From contig OZ245843.1 of NCBI GenBank assembly GCA_965228875.1, positions 3,826,616-3,890,615 of the forward strand: DNA of 64,000 nucleotides, given 5' to 3'. This document shows, one piece after another, positions 19,533 to 29,495 of this stretch. The notes beneath the pieces are model-generated. The model saw nothing but the letters and a program-made list of their open reading frames with translations, made no database searches and had not been told where the DNA came from. The position numbers and the translations under genes are program-made. This stretch comes from Thalassobaculaceae bacterium (lineage in GTDB: Bacteria; Pseudomonadota; Alphaproteobacteria; Thalassobaculales; Thalassobaculaceae). Within the stretch, counting starts at the first letter, position 1; the number at the start of each line of letters is the position of its first letter.

Positions 19533-19958
19533 ATGAAATGCAGCCAGTTCTATCCGGTCATCATGACCGACGCGGTGGCGGTGACCGCGCGCTTCTACAT
19601 CGACCACTTCCGGTTCGAGCCCAAGTTCGAGAGCGACTGGTACGTCCACCTGCAGTCGGTCGAGGACGAGAGCGTGAACATCGCGGTTCTCGCCGGCGAT
19701 CACGAGACCATTCCGGCCGAAGGCCGGGGGCGGGTTTCCGGCCTGCTGATCAATTTCGAGGTCGAGGACGTGGATGCCGAGTTCGCCGCCGCCGAGGCGG
19801 CCGGCCTGCCGATCCTGCTGGGGCTGCGCGACGAGCCCTTCGGCCAGCGCCATTTCATCACCCGGGATCCCAGCGGCGTGCTGATCGACGTGATCAAGCC
19901 GATCCCGCCGAGCGCGGAATTCCTGGCCCAATACGCCGCCGACGCGGTTCCGGCCTGA
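19533..19958 (+). CDS. VOC/glyoxalase-family protein
   Basis: [39 protein letters not shown]. Confidence 0.88.
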   Translation: MKCSQFYPVIMTDAVAVTARFYIDHFRFEPKFESDWYVHLQSVEDESVNIAVLAGDHETIPAEGRGRVSGLLINFEVEDVDAEFAAAEAAGLPILLGLRDEPFGQRHFITRDPSGVLIDVIKPIPPSAEFLAQYAADAVPA

Positions 19959-20052
19959 GGCACACAGGGCGGCGGGGAAACCGGCCCGGATCTTCCACGG
20001 ACAGATCTTCCATGGCCCGGACATCCCCGCCGCGACCTGTTAGGATCTCGCC

Positions 20053-20256
20053 ATGACCGATCAGCCGACCAGCATCGTCTTGGAATACCTACGCCGAATC
20101 GATGCCAATGTTCAGGCCTTGCGTGAGGACATGGCTGATGTGAAACAGCGCCTCAGTCTCGTCGAGGAAGGCGTTGCTATCGTCAACCGGCGTCTGGACC
20201 GCCTGGAGGTTCGGGTCGACCGGATAGAGACCCGCCTCGGCCTCGCCGAGGCCTGA
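20053..20256 (+). CDS. small coiled-coil hypothetical protein
   Basis: 67 aa with a heptad pattern (LEYLRRID...RLDRLEVRVDRIETRL); AGGA RBS. Confidence 0.6.
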   Translation: MTDQPTSIVLEYLRRIDANVQALREDMADVKQRLSLVEEGVAIVNRRLDRLEVRVDRIETRLGLAEA

Positions 20257-20260
20257 GGTC

Positions 20261-21220
20261 TTACGCCACCTTCGAGTACACCGTCTCTCCGGTCAGGCCG
20301 GCAGCATCCATCGCAGCTGCGATCTTGGCGATCTCGGCCTCGCTCAGCTTCACCAGCGGCGGGCGGACATGGGCGGCATCCATGCGGCCGAGATGGACCA
20401 GCGCCTCCTTCATGCGGTTGTGCATGTCGAGGAAGGGCGGGTCGTAGAACGCGCCGGTGGTCGGGTAGATCCGGTCGGCGATCCGCCGCGCCTCCTCCAG
20501 GTCGCCGGCCTGGACCGCGCGGAACAGCGCCACCTGCAGGGCGGCGATGACGCTGCCGGCCCCCGACAGCAGCCCGTCGCAGCCGAGCACCAGCGAGGAC
20601 AGCAGCCACGAGGAATGGGTCGTCAGCACGCTGACCCGCCGCGGCAGGGCGTGAAGCGTGCGGACCTGCTGTTCGTGCTGCTTGGCGTCGTTGCACCAGT
20701 CCTTGATGGCGACAACGGTGTCGATCTCCTCGCAGATCCGGACCAGCGTCTCCACCGGGTAGCCGAGCGTGGCTGCCGGATACTGAAACAGGATCAGCGG
20801 CAGGTCTGTCGCCTCGCGGATCGCGGCGAAGTGGGCGAGCGCCATTTCCGGGCGCATGGCCCCGCCGGAGAGCAGCGTGTTCGAGGGGAAGACCAGCAGC
20901 GCGCTCGCGCCGTCGCGTTCGGCCCGCCGGGCGATCGCCGCCGCCAGGTGGGAGCCGTCGCTGTAGACGCCGTGAACCACCGGCAGCCTGCCGCCGACCT
21001 CCTCCATGGTCATGGCCATCACCCGCTCCTGCTCCTCGATGGTGCAGGTGGCGACCTCGCTCGCGTGGGCGTTGACCGTGACCGCCGTGATCCCCTCGAC
21101 CGAGGCGACATCGTTCAGGTGGCGGCGGTAGCCGCCCTCGTCGATGGCGAGGTCGGCGGTGAAGGGCAGCAGGCAGGCGGGAATCACGCCGGTCGGCGTG
21201 AAGGGCAGCGGCGCGGCCAT
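20261..21220 (-). CDS. dihydrodipicolinate synthase (DapA)-family protein
   Basis: Aldolase barrel pattern, ILFQYP, VAIKD with catalytic Lys. Confidence 0.85.
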   Translation of the reverse strand: MAAPLPFTPTGVIPACLLPFTADLAIDEGGYRRHLNDVASVEGITAVTVNAHASEVATCTIEEQERVMAMTMEEVGGRLPVVHGVYSDGSHLAAAIARRAERDGASALLVFPSNTLLSGGAMRPEMALAHFAAIREATDLPLILFQYPAATLGYPVETLVRICEEIDTVVAIKDWCNDAKQHEQQVRTLHALPRRVSVLTTHSSWLLSSLVLGCDGLLSGAGSVIAALQVALFRAVQAGDLEEARRIADRIYPTTGAFYDPPFLDMHNRMKEALVHLGRMDAAHVRPPLVKLSEAEIAKIAAAMDAAGLTGETVYSKVA

Positions 21221-21297
21221 GGTCTCCTCCCGGAGTCGTTTTTTAGTTGGGAGGAAGTCTAGGCCCGCCGCCGACGGCTTGAAAGCCGTGGAATACC

Positions 21298-21660
21298 TTA
21301 TTCCGCTTTTCGGTCCACGATCGGCGTGAAACCACCGAAGAACATGCGCCTGCCGTCGAAGGGGGCGGATTTCATCGGTTCTATCAACCGGGGATCCTCC
21401 ATCGCCTTGGCCATACCGGCGTCGCGCACCGCCTTCGACGGCCAGACGATCCAGCCGACCGCGACGGTCTCGTCCTCTCCCGCCTTCACCGCCATCGGAA
21501 AGGAGGTCACCTCACCCTCCGGGACGTCGTCGCCCCAGCATTCAACGAAATGAATGGCGCCATGCTCGATGAAGACCGGCGCGCCAGCCTCGGCCATCCG
21601 CGTGTAGGCCTCGCGGTTCGCGGTCGGGACCGGCAGAACGAAGGTATCGATGTAGGTCAT
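21298..21660 (-). CDS. DUF1428-family protein
   Basis: ECWGDDVPEGEVTSFPMAV, PFDGRRMFFGGF. Confidence 0.85.
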   Translation of the reverse strand: MTYIDTFVLPVPTANREAYTRMAEAGAPVFIEHGAIHFVECWGDDVPEGEVTSFPMAVKAGEDETVAVGWIVWPSKAVRDAGMAKAMEDPRLIEPMKSAPFDGRRMFFGGFTPIVDRKAE

Positions 21661-21683
21661 GGGTCGGGTCTCCTGATTGGGTG

Positions 21684-22427
21684 TCAGTCGGAAGGGCTCC
21701 GGCAGGAACAGTCCGCCGCGGGAGCGGTCCCCTGCCGGGGGGTGTATTCGTCGTGCAGCCGCAGCCAGCTCATGGTGCCGGCCTCGTTGCGCCCTTTCGG
21801 CACGAGATCGAGAAACGCGAAGGGCGCGAACAGGGTCTCCATGCCGCGGCTGTAGGCCGAGTAGGTGTGAAAGACGGCACCGTCCCTGCCCCTGGCAAAG
21901 ACACTGACGCCCGGCAGGTCGGTATGGGCGTACGGCGTGGTGCCGTAGTTGTAGGCGACCTCGCCGGCGGCGATCTGCTCCGGCGTGAAGGCCGTGCCGA
22001 AATCGTGGTTGAAGCCGTTACCGCCGCAGGAAACCCAGCGGAAGGTCCAGCCGAGGCGCTTGCGCGCCGCCTCGATCTCGGCGACCGGCGCGCGTGACAC
22101 GGCGACGTAGGACAGATCGGCGTGCTCGAAATGCTGTCGGGCGGCATCGACCATGTCGGCGGTTCCGGCGCAGCCGTCGCAGATCGGACCGCCCGGCGGC
22201 AGCATGAAGTGCTGGACGAACAGCTGGGCGCGTCCGTCAAACAGGTCGGCGAGTGACGCTGGGCCCTCCGGGGTGTCGAAGACGTAGTCCGTCTCGACGC
22301 GGACCCAGGGGAGGGCCCGCCGCTCGGCATTCACCGCGTCGCGCAGATGGGTCGCTTCCCGTTCCCGGGCGAGCAGGGCCAGCCGCGCCTGCATCCACTC
22401 CTCTCTTGAGACGATCTTGGGGTCCAC
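21684..22427 (-). CDS. DUF899-family thioredoxin-like protein
   Basis: IVSREEW, RRALPWV, SLADLFDGR, CDGC, HTYSAYSRG; GTG start after GGAGG. Confidence 0.85.
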   Translation of the reverse strand: MDPKIVSREEWMQARLALLAREREATHLRDAVNAERRALPWVRVETDYVFDTPEGPASLADLFDGRAQLFVQHFMLPPGGPICDGCAGTADMVDAARQHFEHADLSYVAVSRAPVAEIEAARKRLGWTFRWVSCGGNGFNHDFGTAFTPEQIAAGEVAYNYGTTPYAHTDLPGVSVFARGRDGAVFHTYSAYSRGMETLFAPFAFLDLVPKGRNEAGTMSWLRLHDEYTPRQGTAPAADCSCRSPSD

Positions 22428-22499
22428 TGTCTCCTCCATTGCGCGAGCGATGGCGGCGATGCTCGTTGACAAAAGAGTTGATGTCAACATAATTGACCC

Positions 22500-22946
22500 A
22501 TGACCATGCGCGACGACCTGCCCATCGACGTGACGCTGGAGGTCCGGGACCGATGTCTCTGCCTGCATCTGCAACGCGCCGCCCGCGCCATCGCCCGGCG
22601 GTTCGACGAGGTTCTGCGGCCGTTCGGCCTCACCAACGGGCAGTTCTCGCTGCTGATGTCCCTCAACCGGCCGCATCCGCCGCGCATCGGCGACCTGGTG
22701 CCGCTGCTGGCGATGGATCGCACGACCCTGACCGCCGCCTTCAAGCCGCTGGAACGGCGCGGACTGGTGCGCGTGCAGGTCGACGAGAAGGACCGACGCG
22801 GCCGTCGGGTCGCCATCACCGATGCCGGCCGCGACGCGCTGGTCGCCGCCCTGCCGGTCTGGCGGGACACCCATGACGAGATCGACCGCCTGGTGCCGGG
22901 CGGCGACGTGGACGGATTGCGCGCCGATCTCCTGGCGCTCTCATGA
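22500..22946 (+). CDS. MarR-family regulator
   Basis: CLCLHLQRAAR, GLTNGQFSLL, MDRTTLT, DRRGR. Confidence 0.9.
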   Translation: MTMRDDLPIDVTLEVRDRCLCLHLQRAARAIARRFDEVLRPFGLTNGQFSLLMSLNRPHPPRIGDLVPLLAMDRTTLTAAFKPLERRGLVRVQVDEKDRRGRRVAITDAGRDALVAALPVWRDTHDEIDRLVPGGDVDGLRADLLALS

Positions 22947-22973
22947 AACACGACGCGACCGGGAGGGCAGCCA

Positions 22974-23387
22974 ATGAAATCGAACCCCTATCTGACCTTC
23001 GCCGGCGACTGCGAGGCCGCCTTCGCGCTCTATGCCACGGTGCTGGGCGGCCGGGTGGCGGACGTGACGCGCTTTCGCGACGTTCCCGGCTGCGAGCGGA
23101 TGGACGGAGCCTGGCGGGACAAGGTGATGCACAGCACCTTGGAGTTCGGCGACCAGGTGCTGATGGGCTCCGACGCGCCTGCGGGGATGTACCAGGCGCC
23201 CCAGGGCATCTCGGTGGCCCTGCATCCCGAGCGCGATGACGAGGCGGAGCGGATCTACGCGGCGCTCTCGGAAGGCGGGACGGTGACGATGGAGCTACAG
23301 GAGACCTTCTGGGCGAGCCGATTCGCCATGTTCGCCGATCGCTACGGCACCCGCTGGATCGTCAACTGCGCGAAGACCGAGGCGTGA
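22974..23387 (+). CDS. VOC/PhnB-like protein
   Basis: PYLTFAGDCEAA, KVMHS, ETFWASRFAMFADRYGTRW. Confidence 0.88.
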   Translation: MKSNPYLTFAGDCEAAFALYATVLGGRVADVTRFRDVPGCERMDGAWRDKVMHSTLEFGDQVLMGSDAPAGMYQAPQGISVALHPERDDEAERIYAALSEGGTVTMELQETFWASRFAMFADRYGTRWIVNCAKTEA

Positions 23388-23393
23388 CGGAGG

Positions 23394-24587
23394 TCACACC
23401 ACGTTCCGCTCTTTGAGCGGTCGGTTCTCCAGGATTCTTTCGAGTCCGAAACGGGTGAGGTCGAGGCTGCGGAATCCGCCGGCGGTCATCAGTTCCATCA
23501 CCGCGCGGCCGGCGGCGGGCGACTGCTGCAGGCCGTGGCCGGAGAACCCGGTGGCGAAGAGCAGATTGGCGATTTCGGGATGGCGGCCGATCACCGCGTT
23601 CTGGTCGAGGCTGTTGTAGTCGTAGGGTCCCGCCCAGGCGCCGGTCAGCTTCACCGCCTCGAAGGCCGGGATGCGCTCGGCGATGGCCGGCCAGACCACC
23701 TCCTCCCACCAGCGCCAGTCGACCTCGATCTCCCAGCTCTCCGGGTCGTGCTCCTCCGGCGGCGACACGCCGCAGACGTAGCCGGTTCCCTCGGGACGCA
23801 CGAAGACGCCGGTGGCGCCGATGGTCAGCGGCAGGGGCGGGCCCTCCAGCGGCTCCCGGCAGGCGATCTGGTACACCGTGCGGATCCGGGGCCCGACCGG
23901 CAGCTCGACTCCGGCCAGCGCCGCCACAGCGCCGGAATTTGCCCCCGAGGCGATCACGCAGGCGCCGCAGCCGATCCGGGTGCCATCGCTCAGGGTCACC
24001 CGCTCGATCCCGCCGGCCCCGCGCTCGATGGCCTCGACCTCGCCGGTGACGTATTCGGCCCCCTGGGCGCGGGCCTTGCGTTTGAACGCTTGAAGCAGGG
24101 TGTTGGGATCGATCCAGCCCTCGCCGCTCTCGCCGAAGGTGCCGGCCGCCAGGCCGTCGGTGTTCAGGTAGGGGAACCGGCTGGCCAGGTCGGCCGGCTC
24201 CAGCCAGGCGATGTCGGCGCCGGCGTCGGTCTGTACCGCGTGGTTCTCGGCCAGAATCTGCCTGCCCTCGGACGAGGCGAGGAACAGGTAGCCGTTCTCG
24301 ACGAAGCCCAGGTCCGGACGCTCGCCCGCAACCTCCAGGAGGTCGGCGGCCGCGCCGATGAAAGTCCGGGCGAACAGGCCGATCTCGACGTTCTCGCGGA
24401 TCGAGAACTGCTGGCGGATGCCGCCGACCGAAAGCGGTGTCGAGGCGCGGGCATAGGTCGGGTCGCGTTCGATCACCACGACCCGCCCCTTGAAATCTGC
24501 CGACCCCGTGAGGAAATAGGCTGTCGCGGAGCCGACCGCGCCGCCGCCCACGATCACCACGTCCGCCATCCCGTCCGTCCGGTTCAT
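23394..24587 (-). CDS. FAD-dependent oxidoreductase (sarcosine oxidase beta/FOXRED1-like)
   Basis: GGGAVG dinucleotide fold, SVGGIRQQFS, GFSGHGLQQSP. Confidence 0.88.
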   Translation of the reverse strand: MNRTDGMADVVIVGGGAVGSATAYFLTGSADFKGRVVVIERDPTYARASTPLSVGGIRQQFSIRENVEIGLFARTFIGAAADLLEVAGERPDLGFVENGYLFLASSEGRQILAENHAVQTDAGADIAWLEPADLASRFPYLNTDGLAAGTFGESGEGWIDPNTLLQAFKRKARAQGAEYVTGEVEAIERGAGGIERVTLSDGTRIGCGACVIASGANSGAVAALAGVELPVGPRIRTVYQIACREPLEGPPLPLTIGATGVFVRPEGTGYVCGVSPPEEHDPESWEIEVDWRWWEEVVWPAIAERIPAFEAVKLTGAWAGPYDYNSLDQNAVIGRHPEIANLLFATGFSGHGLQQSPAAGRAVMELMTAGGFRSLDLTRFGLERILENRPLKERNVV

Positions 24588-24686
24588 CCGCCGCTCCCGT
24601 CATCACGCCTCGGGCGCGAGCCTCGGGCATCCGTGACGGTCGGACAAGGCCCGCGTATAGTTGCGGGCGGAACAGAGGAGGCTTCC

Positions 24687-27572
24687 GTGGCCGCGACCGC
24701 CGAGTTCGAGACCCGATCCGACCCGCCGTCGGCGCGCACGCCGAGTGTCGAGCTTGCCGTGCTGGGCAAACGGGTGCCGAATCGCAAGGCGATCTGCGAC
24801 GTGCCGGCCCTCACCGCCGAAATCGATCGGACGGCCACCGAGGTCGCGGATCCCATATCCCGGCGCCGCGCGATCCTCGATCTGCTCAAGGCCGCCCTCT
24901 CGACGGCCACGGCGGAGATCCGCCGGCGCCTGGAGGCGACCAACGACGGCGCCGCCTGCGTGCGTGGCCGGGCCTGGCTGATGGACCAGGTCATCCGGCT
25001 GATCGCGACCCACGCCGCCGACCGGGAGTTCCCGGCGACCAACCCGACCACCTCGGAGCGGATCGCGGTGATCGCCGTGGGCGGTTACGGCCGCGGCGAG
25101 CTGGCGCCGCAGTCCGACATCGACCTGCTGTTCCTGCTGCCCTACAAGCAGACCGCACGCTGCGAGCAGATCGTGGAGTACATGCTCTACCTGCTCTGGG
25201 ATCTTGGGCTGAAGGTCGGTCACTCGACCCGCTCGGTGGCCGAGTGCCTGCGCCAGGCCAATGCCGACATCACCATCCGCACGGCCCTGCTCGAGGCCCG
25301 GTTCCTGTGGGGCGACGACGCGCTCTTCGAGGAGATGCGCGAGAAGTTCCTGGCCGATGTCGCGTCGGGATCGCCGCTGGAGTTCGTCGAGCAGAAACTT
25401 CAGGAATCAGACAACCGCCACCGCCGCATGGGCGACAGCCGCTACGTCGTCGAGCCGAACATCAAGGACGGCAAGGGCGGGCTGCGCGACCTGCACACCC
25501 TCTTCTGGATCTCGAAATACGTCTACCGCATCGACGACGTCGCCGAGCTGGTGCCGCGCGGCGTGCTCGATCTGGCGGAGGCGCGGCGCTTCGCCCAGGC
25601 GCAGAAGCGGCTCTGGACCATCCGCTGCCATCTCCACTACCTGACCGAACGGCCGGAGGAGCGGCTGACCTTCGACGTGCAGCCGGTGATCGCCGAGCGG
25701 CTCGGCTACACCGACCGCGCCGGCGCCATGGCGGTCGAGCGGTTCATGAAGCACTACTACCTGACGGCCAAGGACGTCGGGGACCTGACCCGCATCTTCT
25801 GCGCCGCGATCGAGGCCGAATACAAACGCCGGCGGCGCCGGTTCCGCCTGCCGACGCTGTTCGGCGAGCAGCGTTTCGGTGACTTCAAGGTCGAGGGCGA
25901 CCGCATCAGCGTGATCGACGACCACGCCTTCGAGCGCGATCCGGTCAACATCATCCGGCTGTTCCACGAATCGCATTTCCGCGATCTGATGATCCACCCG
26001 CACGCGCTGCGGGTGATTACGCAGAACCAGGGGCTGATAAATCCCGAGTTGCGCAGGGAGCCGGAGGCCAACCGCCTGTTCCTGGAGATCCTGACCAGCG
26101 AGAAGGGGCCGGAGCGCATCCTGCGGCGGATGAGCGAGGCGCGGGTTCTGGGCAAGTTCGTGCCCGATTTCGGCCGGGTCGTGGCGCAGATGCAGTTCGA
26201 CATGTACCACACCTACACGGTGGACGAGCACACGCTGGTCTGCCTTGGCGTGTTGCACGCGATCGAACAGGGCGAACTGCGCGACGTCGCCCCGATCGCC
26301 ACCGACGTGGTGCACAAGGTGCTGTCGCGCCGGGCGTTGTATGTCGCGCTCTTCCTGCACGACATCGCCAAGGGCCGCGGCGGCAACCACTCGATCCTCG
26401 GCGAGCGGGTCGCCCGCCGGGTCTGCCCGCGTTTGGGCATGACCGACGAGGAGACCGACACCGTCGCCTGGCTGATCCGCTGGCATCTGCTGATGTCCGA
26501 CACCGCCTTCAAGCGCGACATCCACGACCCCAAGACCGTCGAGGACTTCGCCCGCGTCGTCCAGTCGCCGGAACGGCTGCGCCTGCTGCTGGTGCTGACG
26601 GTGGCCGACATCCGCGGCGTCGGCCCGCATGTCTGGAACGGCTGGAAGGCGCAGCTGCTGCGCGATCTGTACTACGCCACCGACGAGATGCTGTCCGGCG
26701 CCTCCTCGCCGAAGAACACCCGCACCCGCGTCGCCGTCGCCAAGAGGAAGGTGGTGGAGCAGCTCGTCACCTGGACCGAGCCGGAGATCGAGGCGCACCT
26801 GGCGCTGGGCTACGATCCCTACTGGCTCGGTTTCGATACCGAAACGCTGGTCCGGCACGCCTGGCTGGTGCGCCGGGCGCAGGCCTCGGACGCCCGGCTG
26901 GTGGTCGAGCACCGGCTCGACCCAGACCGCGAGGTGACGGAGGTGACGGTCTACGCCGGCGACCACCCGGGCCTGTTCTCCCGCATCGCCGGGGCGATGT
27001 CCTCGGTCGGCGCCAACATCGTCGATGCCCGCATCGTCACGCTGGCCGACGGCATGGCGATCGACACGTTCATGATCCAGGACGACAAGCGGCAGATGTT
27101 CGACCGGCCGGACCGGTTGGCGCGCCTGGTCTCGGCGATCGAGCGGACCCTGGACGGCAGCCTGCGGGTCGAGGAGCAGCTCGAGAAGAAGAGCTCGCTG
27201 ACGGCCCGTCGCACCCGGGCGCTGAAGGTGCCGCCGCGCGTGCTGATCGACCAGAAGGCCAGCGTCACCCACACCGTGATCGAGGTGAACGCCCATGACG
27301 AGCCCGGCGTCCTCCACAGGATGACCCGCGCCCTCGCCCGCATCGGCGTGCAGATCCACTCGGCCACGGTCTCGACCTACGGCGAGCGTTTCGTCGACGT
27401 GTTCTACGTCAAGGACGTGTTCGGCCTGAAGATCGACAGCACCCGCAAGCTCGACGAGATCCGCACGGCGCTGCTCGAGGCGTTGGGGGTGGACGACTCG
27501 AAGGCCGAGAAGCAGAAGGACAAGGACAAGGACAAGGACAAGGACAAGGACAAGGACAAGGACAAGCCCTGA
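24687..27572 (+). CDS. glnD: PII uridylyltransferase GlnD
   Basis: AVGGYGRGELAPQSDIDLL, EPNIKDGKGGLRDL, HD domain, two ACT domains; GTG start after GAGGAG. Confidence 0.96.
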   Translation: MAATAEFETRSDPPSARTPSVELAVLGKRVPNRKAICDVPALTAEIDRTATEVADPISRRRAILDLLKAALSTATAEIRRRLEATNDGAACVRGRAWLMDQVIRLIATHAADREFPATNPTTSERIAVIAVGGYGRGELAPQSDIDLLFLLPYKQTARCEQIVEYMLYLLWDLGLKVGHSTRSVAECLRQANADITIRTALLEARFLWGDDALFEEMREKFLADVASGSPLEFVEQKLQESDNRHRRMGDSRYVVEPNIKDGKGGLRDLHTLFWISKYVYRIDDVAELVPRGVLDLAEARRFAQAQKRLWTIRCHLHYLTERPEERLTFDVQPVIAERLGYTDRAGAMAVERFMKHYYLTAKDVGDLTRIFCAAIEAEYKRRRRRFRLPTLFGEQRFGDFKVEGDRISVIDDHAFERDPVNIIRLFHESHFRDLMIHPHALRVITQNQGLINPELRREPEANRLFLEILTSEKGPERILRRMSEARVLGKFVPDFGRVVAQMQFDMYHTYTVDEHTLVCLGVLHAIEQGELRDVAPIATDVVHKVLSRRALYVALFLHDIAKGRGGNHSILGERVARRVCPRLGMTDEETDTVAWLIRWHLLMSDTAFKRDIHDPKTVEDFARVVQSPERLRLLLVLTVADIRGVGPHVWNGWKAQLLRDLYYATDEMLSGASSPKNTRTRVAVAKRKVVEQLVTWTEPEIEAHLALGYDPYWLGFDTETLVRHAWLVRRAQASDARLVVEHRLDPDREVTEVTVYAGDHPGLFSRIAGAMSSVGANIVDARIVTLADGMAIDTFMIQDDKRQMFDRPDRLARLVSAIERTLDGSLRVEEQLEKKSSLTARRTRALKVPPRVLIDQKASVTHTVIEVNAHDEPGVLHRMTRALARIGVQIHSATVSTYGERFVDVFYVKDVFGLKIDSTRKLDEIRTALLEALGVDDSKAEKQKDKDKDKDKDKDKDKDKP
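27516..27566 (+). repeat. hexamer tandem repeat (AAGGAC)8-AAG encoding the (KD)8K tail of GlnD
   Basis: Counted directly in the sequence. Confidence 0.95.
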
Positions 27573-27655
27573 CCGGGGTGTGCCTCGGCGTCTGGCCATC
27601 GCGTCGCCCTAACCCTGCCATATCCCCGCCCTGCCGAATCGCGTAAATCGGTCCC

Positions 27656-29206
27656 ATGAACCTCGCGCGCGCCATCGCCACGGTCGGCGGCTACACCATG
27701 ATCAGCCGGGTGACCGGCTTCGTGCGCGACATGCTGATCGCCGCGGTGGTCGGCGCCGGGCCGGTCGCCGACGCGTTCTTCGTCGCCTTCCAGATCCCGA
27801 ACTTCTTCCGCCGCCTGACCGGCGAGGGGGCTCTGACCGTCGCCTTCGTGCCGATGTTCGCCGGCCTGGTCGAGACCCGGGGTAGGGAGGTCGCCGTCGC
27901 CTTCGCCGGACAGGTGCAGTCGGTGCTGCTTCTGGTGCTGCTTGCCCTCCTCGTGCTCGCCGAGGTTGCCATGCCCGGCGTGATCCTGGTTCTGGCGCCG
28001 GGCTTCGCCGACGAGATGCTGCGCTACGACCTGGCGGTCGAGCTGACCCGCATCACGTTCCCCTACCTGCCGCTGATCTCGCTGGTAGCGCTGTGGGGCG
28101 GCATGCTGAACAGCCTCGGCAAGTTCTGGGCGATGGCGGCGGCGCCCATCCTGCTGAACCTGATCCTGATCGCCGCCCTGGCGGGCGCGGCCGGCCTGCT
28201 GGAGACACCGGGGCACGTTCTCGCCTGGGGCGTGGCGGCGGCCGGAGCGGCGCAGGCGGCCTTCGTCGCCGCGGCCTGTCGGCGCGCGGGGGCGTTGCCG
28301 CCGCTGGTCCGCCCGCGGCTGTCGCCCGAGATCCGGCGGCTCCTGGTGCTGATGGCGCCGGCGGCGCTGGGCGCCGGCGTGGTCCAGGTCAACGCCTTCA
28401 TCGGCATGCTCCTCGCCTCGCTGCTGCCGGCCGGCTCGGTCTCCTATCTGTACTACGCGGACCGGGTGGTGCAGCTGCCGCTGGGCGTGGTCGGCGTGGC
28501 AATCGGCACGGCTCTGCTGCCGATGCTGTCGCGCCAGGTTCGCGGCGGCCACGGGGCCGAGGCGCGCGCCACCCAGAACCGGGCGCTCGAGATCGCCCTG
28601 CTGCTGACCGTCCCGGCGGCGGCCGCCCTGGCGGTGATCGCCGATCCGCTGATCGCCGTCCTGTTCCAGCGCGGGGCCTTCACCGCCGCCGACGGCAGCG
28701 CGACCGCGATCACCCTCGCCGCCTATGCCGTCGGACTGCCGGCCTTCGTGCTCATCAAGGTGTTCCAGCCCGGATTCTTCGCCCGCGCGGACACTGCCAC
28801 GCCGGTCAAGGTCGCCGCCGTCGCCGTGGTCGCGAACCTGGCCTGCAATGCCGTGCTGCTGCCGCTCTACGATCAGGTCGGGATCGCGCTGTCGACCGCG
28901 CTGTCGTCCTGGCTCAATGCCGGGCTACTGGCGACGCTGCTGTGGCGGCGCGGGCACCTGGCGACCGACGCCCGATTGCGCACGCGCCTGCCGCGGATCG
29001 TGCTCGCCGCGGCGGCGATGGCGGCGGCGCTCTGGGGACTCCATGGCTGGACCGCGCCGTGGCTGGACGGCGGCACGGTCGAGCGTGTCGCCGCCCTGGC
29101 GCTGCTGATCGCCGCCGGCCTCGCGGTCTATGCCGGGGCCTGCCTGCTGGTCGGCGCCGCCCGGCCGAGTGATCTGCGCGCCCTGCGCCGGGCCGAAGGC
29201 GGCTAG
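27656..29206 (+). CDS. murJ: lipid II flippase MurJ (MviN)
   Basis: SRVTGFVRD, PNFFRRLTGEGA, YYADRVVQLPLG; follows glnD. Confidence 0.95.
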   Translation: MNLARAIATVGGYTMISRVTGFVRDMLIAAVVGAGPVADAFFVAFQIPNFFRRLTGEGALTVAFVPMFAGLVETRGREVAVAFAGQVQSVLLLVLLALLVLAEVAMPGVILVLAPGFADEMLRYDLAVELTRITFPYLPLISLVALWGGMLNSLGKFWAMAAAPILLNLILIAALAGAAGLLETPGHVLAWGVAAAGAAQAAFVAAACRRAGALPPLVRPRLSPEIRRLLVLMAPAALGAGVVQVNAFIGMLLASLLPAGSVSYLYYADRVVQLPLGVVGVAIGTALLPMLSRQVRGGHGAEARATQNRALEIALLLTVPAAAALAVIADPLIAVLFQRGAFTAADGSATAITLAAYAVGLPAFVLIKVFQPGFFARADTATPVKVAAVAVVANLACNAVLLPLYDQVGIALSTALSSWLNAGLLATLLWRRGHLATDARLRTRLPRIVLAAAAMAAALWGLHGWTAPWLDGGTVERVAALALLIAAGLAVYAGACLLVGAARPSDLRALRRAEGG

Positions 29207-29319
29207 GGCAAGTCACGATCAGATGGAAACATCTGATCGTGTGAATTTGCTCTGTTTTTAATGGCTTAGAGGACGATCCACAGTTCGGATCGTTTCGACC
29301 TGACGCGATCGCGCCCTAG
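29203..29319 (-). repeat. palindromic intergenic repeat, copy 3 (inverted), with a partial copy to about 29385
   Basis: Terminal inverted repeats CTAGGGC...GCCCTAG; internal CACGATCAGATG-GAAA-CATCTGATCGTG. Confidence 0.85.
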
Positions 29320-29495
29320 GGTAGAACCACGTCTCGGACGACGATTCACAGTTCGGATCGTTCCCATCCGAACAGATCGTGCTCGGGTTCGTCGCGCGCG
29401 GCACAGCGATCCGCCCGGACCGTTGGGTGTCCTCCTCCGGACGGGTATGCTATCGGAAATACCCCGCCGGACCGACACATGGGGGAGACGATCCA

